NCBI RefSeq assembly: GCF_006345805.1
Contig: NC_043002.1
Coordinates: 119,846,001 to 119,910,000, forward strand
Direction: 5' to 3'
Source: Octopus sinensis
Taxonomy: Eukaryota
DNA length: 64,000 nucleotides
Of this stretch, positions 51,218 through 64,000 are shown in pieces (position 1 is the first letter of the stretch; each line of letters begins with the position of its first letter). The notes beneath the pieces are model-generated. The model saw only the letters and a program-made list of their open reading frames with translations. It had not been told where the DNA came from and did no database searches. The translations under genes were made by a program, and so were the position numbers.

Positions 51218-51398
51218 ATATATATACATATATACGACGGTCTTCTTTCAGTTTCCGTCTACCAAATCCACTCACAAGGCATTGGTCGGCCCGGGGCTAT
51301 AGCAGAAGACACTAGCCCAAGGTGCCACGCAGTGGGACTGAACCCGGAACCGTGTGGTTGGTTAGCAAGCTACTTACCACACAGCCACTCCTGCGCCT
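50966..51398 (-). mobile_element. SINE family C, full length
   Basis: Head, body and tail match. Confidence 0.92.
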
Positions 51399-51554
51399 AT
51401 ATTTATTTAAATCAAAATTTTGTTTCCAAAACCTTATATTATTGAGAATTTCAACTACAGAAAAATATTTTATTTCAGTGCAGGATTTCAATTCACTGCA
51501 AGATAGTGTTCCCACTTTATCTCCTCTCTCTCTTTTTGTCTCTGCTTCTTACGC

Positions 51555-51778
51555 AAACACACACACACACACACACACACATACACACACACACACACAC
51601 ACACGCGCGCACAACCACACACGCACACACACACACACACACGCACGCACACACACACATGCACGCGCACACACACACACGCACACACACACACACGCAC
51701 ACACACACCACACACACGCACGCACACACACACACGCACACACACGCACACACACACACACACGCACGCACACACACA

Positions 51779-51817
<39 letters not shown>

Positions 51818-51836
51818 CACACACACACACGCACAC
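51555..51836. repeat. Degenerate (CA)n/(CACG)n microsatellite
   Basis: Seen directly. Confidence 0.95.
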
Positions 51837-52185
51837 TTCATGACGCTACTTTCCATAGATACATCAATAAAACCGTTTCTTCAAATTATAAGTTTAATTT
51901 AGCGTTTGCCAAATTATGTTGCCGCTAAGAATCCTTTCATATTTCTTGGGCATTTTTGATGAAGAAAAGAGATTCTCAATTTACGAATGAAGGACACAAG
52001 TGAAATTTGATGTAATATGTCAGAAAAATTACACAAATTGGGAATCAATTGTGTAAATATAAGGTAGGAACTGGTGAAAACCACCAGAATACATTCGTTC
52101 TGCGAGTATTTCAGAGGACGTGAAAAACTATGTAATTTTAAAACAAGTCTAGATATCACAGCCCAATTAAAAACAGTATAAGTAG

Positions 52186-52612
52186 TAGTATTTGTGGTGG
52201 TGGTGGTGGTAGTGGTAGTGGTGGGGTGTAGTGGTGGTGGTGGTGGTGGTGGTAGAGGTGGTAGTGGTGGTGGTGGTAGTGGTGGTGGTGGTGGTAGTGG
52301 TGGTGGTGGTGGTGGTGATGGTGGTGGTGGTGGTTGCTGTTGTTGTGGTGGTGGTGGTGGTGGTGGTGGTTGTGGTGGTGGTGGTGGTAGTGGTGGTAGT
52401 GGTGGTGGTGGTGGTAGTGGTGATGGTGGTGGTGGTGGTAGTTGTGGTGGTGGTAGCAGCAGCAGCAAAATTAGTGGTTGTAGTAGTAGTAGTAGTAGTA
52501 GTGGTAGTAGTAGTAATAGTAGTAGTAGTAGTAGGAGCAGCAGCAGCAGCAGAGGTAGTGGCAGTAGTAGTAGTAGGAGGACGAGGAGGAGGAAGAGGAG
52601 GAGGGGGGAAGG
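52186..52612. repeat. Compound trinucleotide array (GGT)n grading into (AGT)n, (AGC)n and (GGA)n
   Basis: Seen directly. Confidence 0.95.
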
Positions 52613-53080
52613 CGGAACATTAGACTGTTCGTCCAAAGAAAGGAGTTTTCTAATATGTCCTTATTCCCCAATGGATTGTCTAAATTAGGGATTAACTAAA
52701 CATCGCATAAATATTCTGTAAAAATGAGTGAAGAAATAATTGAAGAAGGGATCGAAGACGTGATTCGTTTGTTTCTCATAAATCGATTTAAGAAAAATAC
52801 GAACGTTTTTACTGCTGCTTTCCTCTAATTCTGACCTGTCGTCTGCATTTCAATTCTCAATAGAAAGTAACGCTATTTATTTCGCCTGCTTTTGTGTAAA
52901 GTGTTGTTTTGTTGTGCACATGACACATGGTATATTCAGGATAATTCATTCAGAATGCTCATCCATATTTAAGAGGGTAGGTTGAAATTTGGAGGTGTGC
53001 GTTAAGGTGTAGTAGTAATGGAGTCAGAACGAGAAATAGAAGAGACCTAGTGCCTCTTGCTGCTACGATACTAGGTAATT

Positions 53081-53462
53081 GGAGGCGCAATGGCCCAGTG
53101 GTTAGGGCAGCGGAATCGCGGTCATAGGATCGCGGTTTCGATTCCCAGACCGGGCGTTATGAGTGTTTATTGAGCGAAAACACCTACAAGTTCCACGAGG
53201 CTCCGGCAGGGATGGTGGTGATCCCTGCTGTACTCTTTCATCACAACTTTCTCTCACTCTTACTTCCTGTTTCTGTTGTACCTGTACTTCAAGGGGCCGG
53301 CCTTGTCACTCTCTGTGTCACGCTGAATATCCCCGAGAACTACGTTAAGGGTACACGTGTCTGTGGAGTGCTCAGCCACTTACACGTTAATTTCACAAGC
53401 AGGCTGTTCCGTTGATAGGATCAACCGAAACCCTCGTCGTCGTAACCGACGGAGTGCTTCCA
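53081..53462 (+). mobile_element. SINE family A
   Basis: Full-length match. Confidence 0.92.
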
Positions 53463-53464
53463 TC

Positions 53465-53830
53465 CAGTTCCAACATTGAGGAAATTAGACTGGAGACCTG
53501 AAAAAATCCTCAAATTGCACATCAGAACTAGGAAAATACTAACAATGACAGGACTTTCACATCAACAGTGACGCAGGCAGGATCAATATTAAACAGAGGG
53601 ATGGGGAGAAGTATAAGATCAGCCCAGATGGCTTTTGACGGCCACATTGTGTCACTTAGACAAAATCTACTTGTTTGCAAAGAGAGAGAGAAAGGATTGC
53701 ATCAAAAGCTTACTCGTCAGCAAAAGCAATATAATGAGATTGGATGGAGAACATTCGAACAAGGTCTCCGATTCTACAGAGAGTCGATAAAATAGTTACC
53801 AATCGAATATTGGAGGTTGATTTGATCGGC
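53465..53830 (+). mobile_element. R4/Dong-like LINE fragment (end of RT / thumb)
   Basis: Frameshifted IRTRKILTMTG.FHINSD..RI.IKQRDGGR.IRS.Q.AF...IVSLRQ.L. Confidence 0.7.
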
Positions 53831-54415
53831 TAAAATTTCAGGCCTTGTACCGATAGAAGAAGGAATCACACATATACATGCATCAATTAATTCGGGTAAC
53901 CACAAGCTCCAAAAACTGTCTTGACTTGTAAAAACAAAAAAAGGGTTGCCAATTTGTTGCTGATTGGTACGAATTTTGCAAAGGAAAAGATTTAAAATAT
54001 TTATTAATTTTTTCACAAGGAAAACGTTAAATATGACTTCCAATACTTGACTTAATTGCTATCATAAAACTGTCGGCAAGGAAACCGAAGCTTCAAAATC
54101 ACAGTCAACTTTCTCCTTTTATACATACATACATACATACATACATACATACATACATACATACAAAAATGCATGCATACATATGCGAAAATCAATGCAT
54201 TGTCACTCTCCGATATAATGATCACATCTTTCCACCCTAACCAATGAGTCCTATGTCACATAAAGTTTGTACTACGTATCCTATATACATATTATACCTA
54301 TCTTACGATGTTTATGTGGGTGTTTGTGTTTGTGTATGCCTGTGTCTGTGCGTGCGTATGTGTGCCTCAGTGTCAACTTTTAAATGTGTCATAATGGGCA
54401 TTCTGCATGTATAAG

Positions 54416-54451
<36 letters not shown>

Positions 54452-54528
54452 TATACACGTCTGTGTATATCTGCGTATGTACATATATATATATATATAT
54501 ATATATAAAACTACCACTATACTAGCGG

Positions 54529-54600
54529 TCCTCGGTAGTATAGTCATGAGTATCCTCGCCTGTCACACAGGAGACCGGGGTTCGGTTACCCGGTGGGGAG
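54529..54600 (+). pseudogene. tRNA-Asp(GTC) pseudogene
   Basis: Colinear with canonical metazoan tRNA-Asp (TCCTCG.TAGTATAGT..TGAGTATC..CGCCTGTCAC...GGAGACCGGGGTTCG.T..CCG..GGGGAG). D-loop GG is lost, the anticodon stem is mispaired and the B box is mutated. A T-run follows at ~54612-54617. Confidence 0.85.
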
Positions 54601-54617
54601 GCGTTTATGCTATTTTT

Positions 54618-54975
54618 GGTGGGTTCAATCCCACTGCTTGGCACCTTGGGCACGTATCTTCTACTCTAGCCTCGGGCCGGCCAAAGCTGTCTGAGAGGAT
54701 TTGGTAGACTGAAATTGAAAGCCCGTCATCTATCTATATATATATATATATTTATATAGCTTTGTGTGTGTCTTTGTGTCTGTGTTTATTCCCATCATCG
54801 CTTGATAACCGGTGTTGGTGCGTTTACTTCCCCGTAACTAAGCGGTTCGGCAAAAGACACCGGTAGAATAATTACTAGGATACAGAAATAAGTTCTGATG
54901 TCAATTTGTTCGACTATATCCTTTCAAGGTGGTGCTTCAGCATGACCACAGTCAAATGACTGAAACTAGTAAGAC
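54618..54975 (+). mobile_element. SINE family C, 5'-truncated
   Basis: Begins at gggttcaatcccactgc; body and tail match. Confidence 0.8.
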
Positions 54976-55039
54976 AATATATACATATATATATATATAT
55001 ACACACACACACATTATACATGCACAAACACATAGACAA

Positions 55040-55066
55040 ACGTTTATATATATGTGTATATATATA

Positions 55067-55147
<81 letters not shown>

Positions 55148-55170
55148 ATATATATATATATATACATACA
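55040..55170. repeat. (TA)n microsatellite
   Basis: Seen directly. Confidence 0.95.
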
Positions 55171-55547
55171 TACATGTTTGTATATACATATATAAACGTT
55201 TGTCTATGTGTTTGTGACTGTGTAAACACATGAAACGTTTCTCTAATCAATATATACTTATACAAAGTACTCGATATTTGAACTTTGTCATGTAAACACG
55301 TGTAAAACTCGACTAATCGATAGAATACTGGTTAGGTGGTAGAGTACCACCACAGATGTTCAATACTGATAACTAATATTGATGTGAAAAGTTAATAAGT
55401 AGCGTTGAATTAGTAGTGTTAGGTTACAGCACAACTGGGTGAAATCTGAATTTATGTACGAGTCACATAACAGCAAAATAGTGAAATGAACTTAGGCGTC
55501 GGACTGGATTGTCACTGTTTTGTGTATTTCATTATCCTTTCGTGCAT

Positions 55548-55930
55548 TGGAAGCACTCCGTCGGCTACGACGACGAGGGTCCCGGTTGATCCGAATCAAC
55601 GGAACAGCCTGCTCGTGAAATTAACGTGTAAGTGGCTGAGCACTCCATAGACACGTGTACCCTTAACGTAGTTCTCGGGGATATTCAGCGTGACACAGAG
55701 AGTGACAAGGCCGGCCCTTTGAAATACAGGTACAACAGAAACAGGAAGTAAGAGTGAGAGAAAGTTGTGGTGAAAGAGTACAGCAGGGATCACCACCATC
55801 CCCTGCAGGATCCTCGTGGAGCTTTAAGGTGTTTTCGCTCAATAAACACTCACAACGCCCGGTCTGGGAATCGAAACCGCGATCCTATGACCGCGAGTCC
55901 GCTGCCCTAACCACTGGGCTATTGCGCCTC
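55548..55930 (-). mobile_element. SINE family A
   Basis: Full-length match. Confidence 0.92.
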
Positions 55931-56034
55931 GACGTTTCGTGCATCACCGACAAAGCAAAACCAGTTTTTGAAAGCTACGATGGTGATAAAATTTTAATTC
56001 AGGATTGCAAAGTAGTTATTCTTTCCATACTCCT

Positions 56035-56091
56035 CGCTCTCTCTCTCTCTCTTTCTTACTCTCTTCTCTCTCTCTTACTCTCTCTCTCTCT

Positions 56092-56136
<45 letters not shown>

Positions 56137-56165
56137 TCGCTCTTTCTCTCTCTCTCTCTCTCTTT
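56035..56165. repeat. (CT)n microsatellite
   Basis: Seen directly. Confidence 0.95.
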
Positions 56166-56412
56166 GTTTCACCCGTTATAGAAGTTATTACACACGCCTT
56201 GGTGTAAATGTTCATTGATAAAAATATATTAAGTTTTGGAAACTTGTCCCTGTTAGGAGAGAAGCATTTAAAAAGGCAAATTCTAGGTTGTACTAAAAAA
56301 GAAACCTGTATTCCAGACGATGGGAAAATATGAAGGGAGACGTGTATGTCAACAAAATACGAACGACCGAATACGTTGCCTCTGCATTCACACACGCACT
56401 CATACGCCCGCA

Positions 56413-56445
<33 letters not shown>

Positions 56446-58970
56446 CACACACACACTCTTTCTCTGTCTCTCTTCTTTTGTTTCCCTCTCTCTCTCTATC
56501 TTTTCCTCTTTTTCTCTCTCTCTCACACACGCATTCGCGCAAATATATAGAGACAGATTACTTCATAAGGTCTCAGAAATCATTGTCGTGTAGCGTGTAT
56601 AAGTCATGTCATGTTCTGGCCTAAACAACTGCTCTTTCAAACTGTTTTTTTTATAGGCGAGTTGATTTCACTATTGCAAGCTGTTTTACTAGTTTTATTG
56701 TGCTTCCCCAGCCAAGCAGACTATCCCGGAAGAAATCATTTGTGCATACCAGCTAACTGTACGTATTTAAATATCGGAGGACTAACATCTCAAGAGCTAA
56801 GTGTAACAAATGAAAATAACTCTGGTGAAAAAGAATATATATGAATCATCCTTCGGCTTGTAGTCAGATAATTATCCGTATGTTGTCCAATAACCTATCG
56901 GATAGTTGAAAATGTATTAATTATTACAATTGATTCGGAACTAAATTATCGTCAACACAAAAATTAATTAAGGAACTCATAACTCTAGATAGAGATCGCT
57001 TATTATCTCAACTATGTAAAGTTAATTTATTTAATAAATTTAATTAAATAAACTTTACTTTTTATTATTTTTCAAGTTTAATATTTCTAGATATGGCCTT
57101 GACCTCAGTAGTCCAAAAGTGGAGTCACTATTGGTTTTGAACCGCCATTCGATATCTTGAACAGGAAGTACCTTTGATTTGCTATACAAATACAAGCTGC
57201 AAGTACGGTATTAAGTTTCCAAATATTTTATTTACTTCTCTTTTTTAAATTACGATTGTAATCTTCTTAAGCTGATATTTTTCTTGAGGCATAGATTAAG
57301 CATAATGATGAAATTGGTTTCACATGCTTTCATTTAGTTTTAAAATTTACGCTATATGTCAATAAAAAATTCAAGTATCTGAAAATGTAGGAGTTGAAGC
57401 AAATATACCATTATGTGTGGAATTATAAATTTTATGGTTCGATTCTTCTTAGTTTTTCTCTAAATTTTATTTCACATTTTCACACTTGCATAAATATTGA
57501 TTTTTCTATTGACTACAAATCCTGTAGAAAAAGAATTGTCTATAATATCAATCCCTGAATAGGACTAATTTTATTGACATAGTATAAAGATGAGTCGAAA
57601 TGGATTTGGAAGAACACATACACAAATATTCCATTCTGGCATCGTTTTGATATGTCTATTTTGTTATCGTAATTGGAATATAAAGTATAAGGCGTTTTTT
57701 TTTTTCAATTTATAAAATTCTAATGTTCAATTTTACAAACTATGATGAGCAGCGTAGAACATAAGACAAGCTTCAGGTGAACAGAGGGCCTCATTGGGTT
57801 TGCATTCCTGGTTGAATCAGTTTCATTTCACTTATGAAGTTAGAGCTGTGTGAAGGCGCCTCACATTTCGTCACGAGAAACTATTTTCGAAGCAGCACAT
57901 TTGAAATATTTGTAGACACACGTGAGTTCTTTTACTAAATCAGGGTACACTGAGTATGGGTATTTACCAATAACTGAGGCCATGCTCATACTGACAAGTA
58001 TTATCATTTCACAGGTATTTATTGTATTTTTATTTACACAACAGAAACACAAATTGCAATTTCTTTAAACGACTGCACCATAACTTAGATAAGTGGCACA
58101 GGAAAAATTCTGAAAGGTGTCAGCTATATGAAAGACATATAGATAAATGAAGTCTAGTGTACTTAAAGTGATATACTGAAAATAATTCTTAATTATTTTA
58201 TATTCCAGTCCTAGTTGGAAGAGATTGCCTTAACATTAATGAAAGAGGTATCAAAAGGGCAACAGAGAAAACCATTCAAATTTTGACTAAAAATTATTCA
58301 TAAACAGTGATACGCTGTAGGAGGTACGTCTAATCTTACGTAGCTATGGTAACAACTGTTGTATTTCGATGTCATTAGACCTCCTCAGCGAGGCATAGTC
58401 AGCACGCAGTTATCTGAACCCAGAATGACTCGAAATGTAGATGGGGTTAATGTAAATAATTTACCAATAATACAATTTCAAACAATGACATTAGAAAAAA
58501 ACCCAAGGGTTCATTCTTCATACAGACGGAATTTTAAGCAAAATTACTGCCATCATTCCAATTTGCCAAGAAATTTAACTATTTTTCATATCCTACATTT
58601 TATACAGCGCAAGTTATTCTGCAGTCTTCACAGTTATCTATTCACTATGTTTTGTTGTGATTATGTATAAGACTGAAATACTCGTGGAGTTGTCCCCATA
58701 CCTGCTACTCATCAAAATCATATTCGTGTGCATATTTCCATCAAATTTTTGGTCAATTAAAATATTTTTCATTCTGTCCCGTTTGAGAATAATTTTCATT
58801 AACATTAACGAATTCCTGTTTCATTCTAAATAATTAAACATAATTTTCAGCTTTCTACATCCTGTACTCAGGCGCAGTTCACTTATATATCTGTGGTGCA
58901 TTGTCACATACGTATCTTCTTTCAACTATAGAAATCAAGAACAGAACATAACCTAGAAGGAAATAAAAAG

Positions 58971-59384
58971 AGGCGCAGGAGTGGCTGTGTGGTAAGTAGC
59001 TTGCTTACCAACCACATCGTTCTGGGTTCATTCCCACTGCGTGGCACCTTGGGCAACTGTCTTCTACTATAGCCTCGGGCCGACCAAAGCCTTGTGAATG
59101 GATTTGGTAGACGGAAACTGGAAGAAGCCCGTCGTATATATGTATATATATGTGTATGTATGTATATGTTTGTGTGTCTGTGTTTGTCCCCCCACCATTG
59201 CTTGACAACCGATGCTGGTGTGTTTACGTCCCGTAACTTAGCGGTTCAGCAAAAGAGACTGATAGAATAAGTACTAGGCTTACAAAAAATAAGTCCTGGG
59301 GTCGATTTACTCGACTAAAGGCGGTGCTCCAGCATGGCCGCAGTCAAATGACTGAAACAAGTAAAAGAGTAAAGAGTAAAGAGA
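58971..59384 (+). mobile_element. SINE family C, full length
   Basis: Head, internal (TA/TG)n and (GAGTAAA)n tail. Confidence 0.92.
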
Positions 59385-59721
59385 GAGTGTGAATCATATT
59401 GAACTAACAAGCTTTAACTCCAAATTAAAGCGGTACTCCGACATTTGATATGCGCACGCACACACACACACACACACACTCGTACACACATTCACCCATA
59501 CGCACAAAGAAACATACATAAAAACTTCAAAACGCGTACACATATATAAGTATAAATGTGTGTGTAGGTGTGTGTGTGTGAGTGAGTGAGAGTGTGTGTG
59601 TGTGTGTGTGTATTGCAAGTTGCCAAAATTAGCTTTATCTCTATTTGACAGCAAGTAAAAAGAGAGGGTAGAGCAACGCAAACTGTATATAAAATATTTC
59701 CCATACGCACATCCAAAAACG

Positions 59722-59768
<47 letters not shown>

Positions 59769-60119
59769 TCACAAACATACTCACATACACACACATAAAC
59801 AAAATCTCTCTCGCCGGCACAGAGGCATACACCTGTATATGTACACACGTATGTAATTCATTTAAATATAAACGACACACATTTCAAAAATATGATATAA
59901 AATTAAGTCAGAGATCTCAATAGATTTATCAAAAAGTAAATACTTGTTTTTACAGAAAATATGCGTAAAATATTCCCAATAACCTTACTATCTGCTGTTA
60001 TACTATCGATATATTTTATGTCTAAGATTCGCGATAGCCAAAAACCAAATTACTTCAGAAAAATCTATATTCTCAAAATTAATTATTCGAGATATCAAAC
60101 TATTATATATTTATAGAAA

Positions 60120-60346
60120 TATTTTTTTTCTCTCTTTTTTCTCTCCTTTTTTCTCTCTTTTTTCTCTCCTTTTTTTCTCTCCTTTTTTCTCTCCTTGTTT
60201 CTCTCCTTGTTTTTTCTGTGTCCCTCTCTGTAGAAGAACGTAAGCTCGAAACGTAAAAGACTTTTTCTATTCCATGAGCGCTATACTAATACATCTGTTT
60301 GTTTTGTACACCACCTGTCTTCGTCTTTGGTTTTTTCGTAAACTCC

Positions 60347-60352
<6 letters not shown>
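60120..60352 (+). mobile_element. PLE-pLTR-like family H with a degenerate hammerhead motif (60220-60261)
   Basis: CTGTAGA-agaacgtaagctc-GAAAC-GTA-aaagac; homologous to 29745-29915; ends in a long (TA)n. Confidence 0.65.
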
Positions 60353-60424
<72 letters not shown>

Positions 60425-60861
60425 ATATCATATAATTAAGGGCCACAGAGAGTTATTCTAAAGCCAATACAATGATTTATCCACTTATAATCCACTTGTT
60501 ACAGGAGAATTGAAACTGAAAACGAGCAACTAACCTTTAGAAAATCTAAATTTCGTTATCTCAATATTGAATCAATTTCGGAATTAATCTTATAAAGGAT
60601 ATATTCCTTCTTCAGTAGAGCTTTCGATGGGATATAAATAAAATACTCACGTGTGATCATGGAAAAACCACAAGCTAAAAACATAACTACACTTAAGTAC
60701 ATCACTTATATCTAAAAAAAAAATTCCTTGGTCAGCCTCAGAAACAACGTCTTGGACATATCAATACATATATTAAGTAATTGTATTCATATATATATAT
60801 ATGCATGAATGTATGTATGCTAAAGGCACATACATATATACACACATATTCCCTGTTATCT

Positions 60862-61245
60862 TTTTTTTTTCAGTCATTAGACTGCTGCCATACTGGGGCT
60901 CCGCCTTGAATTTTCTTTTTAGTGGAATGAATCGACCTCAGTACCTATTTGTTATTTGTTTTTCAAATCCTAGCACTTATTCTATTGGTCATCTTGACGG
61001 ACCACCGAGGTATGCGGATGTAATCATGGTAACACTGGTTATCAAGTGCTGATGAGAAACAAACACAAAGAGACACATATAGACACACATACACAACGGA
61101 TATTTTTCAGTTTCCATCTAACATATCTACGAACAATACTTTGGGCGGCCCGTGGCCATAGCAGAAGATACTCACCCAAGGTGCCACGCAGTGGCACTGA
61201 ATCCGGAGCTATGTGAGTAAGAAGCAAACCAGCAACGCTTGTGCA
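60862..61245 (-). mobile_element. SINE family C, old copy
   Basis: Diverged match. Confidence 0.7.
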
Positions 61246-61267
61246 TAATATATATATATATGTATGT

Positions 61268-61563
61268 GGAGGCGCAATGGCCTAGTGGTTAGGGCAGCGG
61301 ACTCGCGGTCGTAGGATCGCGGTTTCGATTCCCAGACCAGGCGTTGTGAGTGTTTATTGAGCGAAAACACCTAAAAGCTCCACGAGGCTCCGGCAGGGGG
61401 TGGTGATCCCTGCTGTACTCTTTCATCACTCTTTCTTCTGTTGGCCTGCTCGCTTAGCCAGCGGGGTGGCGTCATTTGAAGGCTAAAACAATGCGAACGC
61501 ATTGTGACCAGCGATGTGTAACTACATCTGATGGACTGGTCGGTCACGTGATGGTCACGTGAT
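61268..61563 (+). mobile_element. SINE with a family-A head and an alternative 3' tail
   Basis: Follows family A for ~160 bp, then switches to ...gcattgtgaccagcgatgtgtaactacatctgatggactggtcggtcacgtga; flanked by (TA)n. Confidence 0.88.
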
Positions 61564-63131
61564 ATATATATATACACACATACATTCATACATATCTACA
61601 TACATGCATACATACATTCATGCACATATATATATATATGTATTCAATTACTTAATATATGTATTGATATGTCCAAATGTAGTGTGTGTGTGAGTGTGTG
61701 TGTGAGTGCGTGTGTATGTGTGTTGTGTTGTGCGGGTATACGCGAGTGTTTTCCAGTAAATGGCCTACAGAGTGTGGCTAGTCGACTACATCGGTCCTAC
61801 TGCCCAGCTGGTACTTATTTGATGGGAGTCCGCAAAGGACGATAAGTAACGGCAATCTCAGCCACATCTAAACTTACAATGTTAAGTCGGTGTGCTAATA
61901 ATTCTGTCTCCTCCTTGACTCTAGTCGATATATAATGATGGGACTCGGATGTTCAATGGCCGTGCAGAGCGGCGCATCGTCCGTTCAGATTATTAAAACA
62001 GTAGGTAGTTGGATAGGTTAGGCGCCATTTATAGTTCATGCGTGAGTGTGTACGTGTGAATGCATATGCACACAGATACGACCAAGCGCCTATCAAACAG
62101 ACGCCATATACAACTCAGCAAACACGCATAATTAATTAGATCGCACTCATACCAGCAAAATCACGATAACTTAAACTAACGTACACAGATAGATGCTATT
62201 GAGTTATACTAACCACACACACACACATACACACAAACACACATACGCACATTCATGCAGACATTCAGACGCGCGTGCGTTCAAACACACATACGCATAT
62301 ACGCACTCGCACAGATGCACAAGACATTCTTATTCATATAAAGACATGCATCGACGTATCAGTGTATAACTCCACACGGATACATATTCTTTCGCACGCA
62401 CACTAATAAACCCAACATAACCCAACATGACAGACATGGGTTAAGGCTATGAAGCCACACTACTCACACACTCGAAAAGACACATACAAATATTATATAG
62501 GCGCATGCGCACACACACATGCATACGCGTACGCACCAAAACCAACACAGAACACAAACCTTCCTATATTTATTCGCCTCAACAATGTACAGACACGCAG
62601 ACATACAGGCTAACAATAACAAATATAATACATAAACATACAAATACACACATGCACACATATGCACACAAACACCCACAAACAAACACACACGCATAGA
62701 CGCACATATACACTCATAAACCCACATGCACATACAAACAACGAAAGATAGACATTCTTGAAACAAACAGGACAAATTTGTTCGTATTAATTCTCTACCG
62801 AAGCAAGGCCCGATAACCTTACTACCTCCTCCTAAAATAAATAAATAATTAAATAAATAAATAAATAAATAAATAAGTAGAAAAAATATTGGAGGGGTCT
62901 CTAATAAACCAGCCTCTCAGTCCTCAAAAGCGCGGACTTCATCGAAGGGGTATTATATATTAGATCCGGCGAGAAATTTTGGAGAAAACAAAACCCTTCC
63001 ATGTGGAGGTGGGGGGCACTAGTGTACCTGGAGTGGAAATGGCCCGTTATACAAATACTTTTAATAACTATAATAACCTATGGCTTTCCTAGCTTCATAG
63101 TAGATAATCTATGTATATAATTATCGATTGA

Positions 63132-63355
63132 AAGGCGGCGGACTGGCAGAATCGTTAGCACGCCGGACGAAATGCGTAGCCGTATTCCGTCTGCCGTTAC
63201 GTTCTGAGTTCAAAATCCGCCAAGGTCGACTTTGCCTTTCATCCTTTCGGGGTCGATAAATTAAGTACCAGTTATGCACTGGAGTCGACGTAATCCGTTT
63301 GTCTGTCCTTGTTTGTCCCCTCTGTGTTTAGCCCCTTGTGGGTAGTAAATAAATA
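63132..63355 (+). mobile_element. SINE family B (B2 tail) with an 18-bp TSD
   Basis: tatataattatc(g/a)attga at 63114-63131 and 63356-63373. Confidence 0.92.
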
Positions 63356-63814
63356 TATATAATTATCAATTGATCCATCCATGTGTGTGCATACGTGTGT
63401 GTGTTGATATGTACAAAATGTATTCTTCAAAATTTACAAAGTTTTTTCAACATTTAGACTTATAAATTTGGAGAAATTAACTATTTCCACTGCAATGAAG
63501 ATCTTATTTCATAAATACAATACATGTTTCCTACCAAGTTCAGTGGTATCAAAGTAATTATAAAGAGTAATTATAAAGAGAAATATATCTTAGTGTCGCA
63601 GAATGTCGATAGACATAAACTTGTATCCATAGATGATAACAACCTATGTGTAGTTGGCGCAATGTGAATAGAAAAATAAAAAACCTCTCGAACGGATGAA
63701 AGAGTATTAATCTACATATGTACAGACTTATAGACGTGCGTGCGCAAACACACATGCACGCACATACGCACACACCTACAAATACACACATACACAAGCA
63801 TACTCACTAACAAG

Positions 63815-63945
63815 CACATATCTTCGGGCGGCCCGTGGCCATAGTAGAAGATACTCACCCAAGGTGCCACGCAGTGGCACTGAATCCGGAGCTATGTGAG
63901 TAAGAAGCAAACTTCTTACCACACAGCAACAACAGCAACGCTTGT
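63815..63945 (-). mobile_element. SINE family C 5' half, near-identical to 61141-61245
   Basis: Shares private substitutions and flanking sequence with the 61.1-kb copy. Confidence 0.75.
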
Positions 63946-64000
63946 GTATATATATATATGCACTAACATGCACGTATGTATATATTATATATATATATAT

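Noticed and set aside
51914-52688. Pro-, Gly- and Val-rich ORFs
   Set aside because: Translations of trinucleotide microsatellite with no supporting gene context.
57861-58052. Exon-like signals on both strands (plus: YTEYGYLPITEAMLIL…; minus: SVIGKYPYSVYPDL…)
   Set aside because: Mutually exclusive candidates with no homology to choose between them.
60595-60630. CTGAAGA plus a hairpin on the minus strand
   Set aside because: No correctly placed GAAA or NUH.

Overview
AT-rich, microsatellite-dense animal genomic DNA, most likely a coleoid cephalopod such as Octopus (inferred from the tRNA-derived SINE families and simple-repeat content; no database check was possible). No intact protein-coding gene can be demonstrated, and most ORFs in the supplied track are microsatellite or SINE read-through. 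The window is a transposon graveyard. It holds about 30 tRNA-derived SINE copies in four families (labelled A, A', B, C here), a deleted helicase-bearing Helitron, a second helicase fragment and four non-autonomous Helitrons. It also holds Tc1, mariner, Tigger and piggyBac relics, LINE fragments of the R4/Dong-like, RTE, Tx1/L1 and Penelope-like types, a decayed tRNA-Asp gene and a 100-N gap. The most interesting signals are these. (1) At least eight small (TA)n-associated elements of about six families carry type I hammerhead ribozyme (HHR) motifs. They include a well-formed long-stem-II HHR (25765-25859), a perfect 108-bp palindrome with an HHR on each strand (24453-24560) and recurrent non-canonical cores (CCGANGA). 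(2) A Tx1-like LINE has both copies inside (TATC)n arrays, one with a readable 15-bp TSD. (3) A mariner derivative is built from two head-to-head 5' ends. (4) Helitron 5' modules with variable cargo sit upstream of complete mini-Helitrons. A few splice-bounded candidate exons of an unidentified host gene are listed at low confidence.
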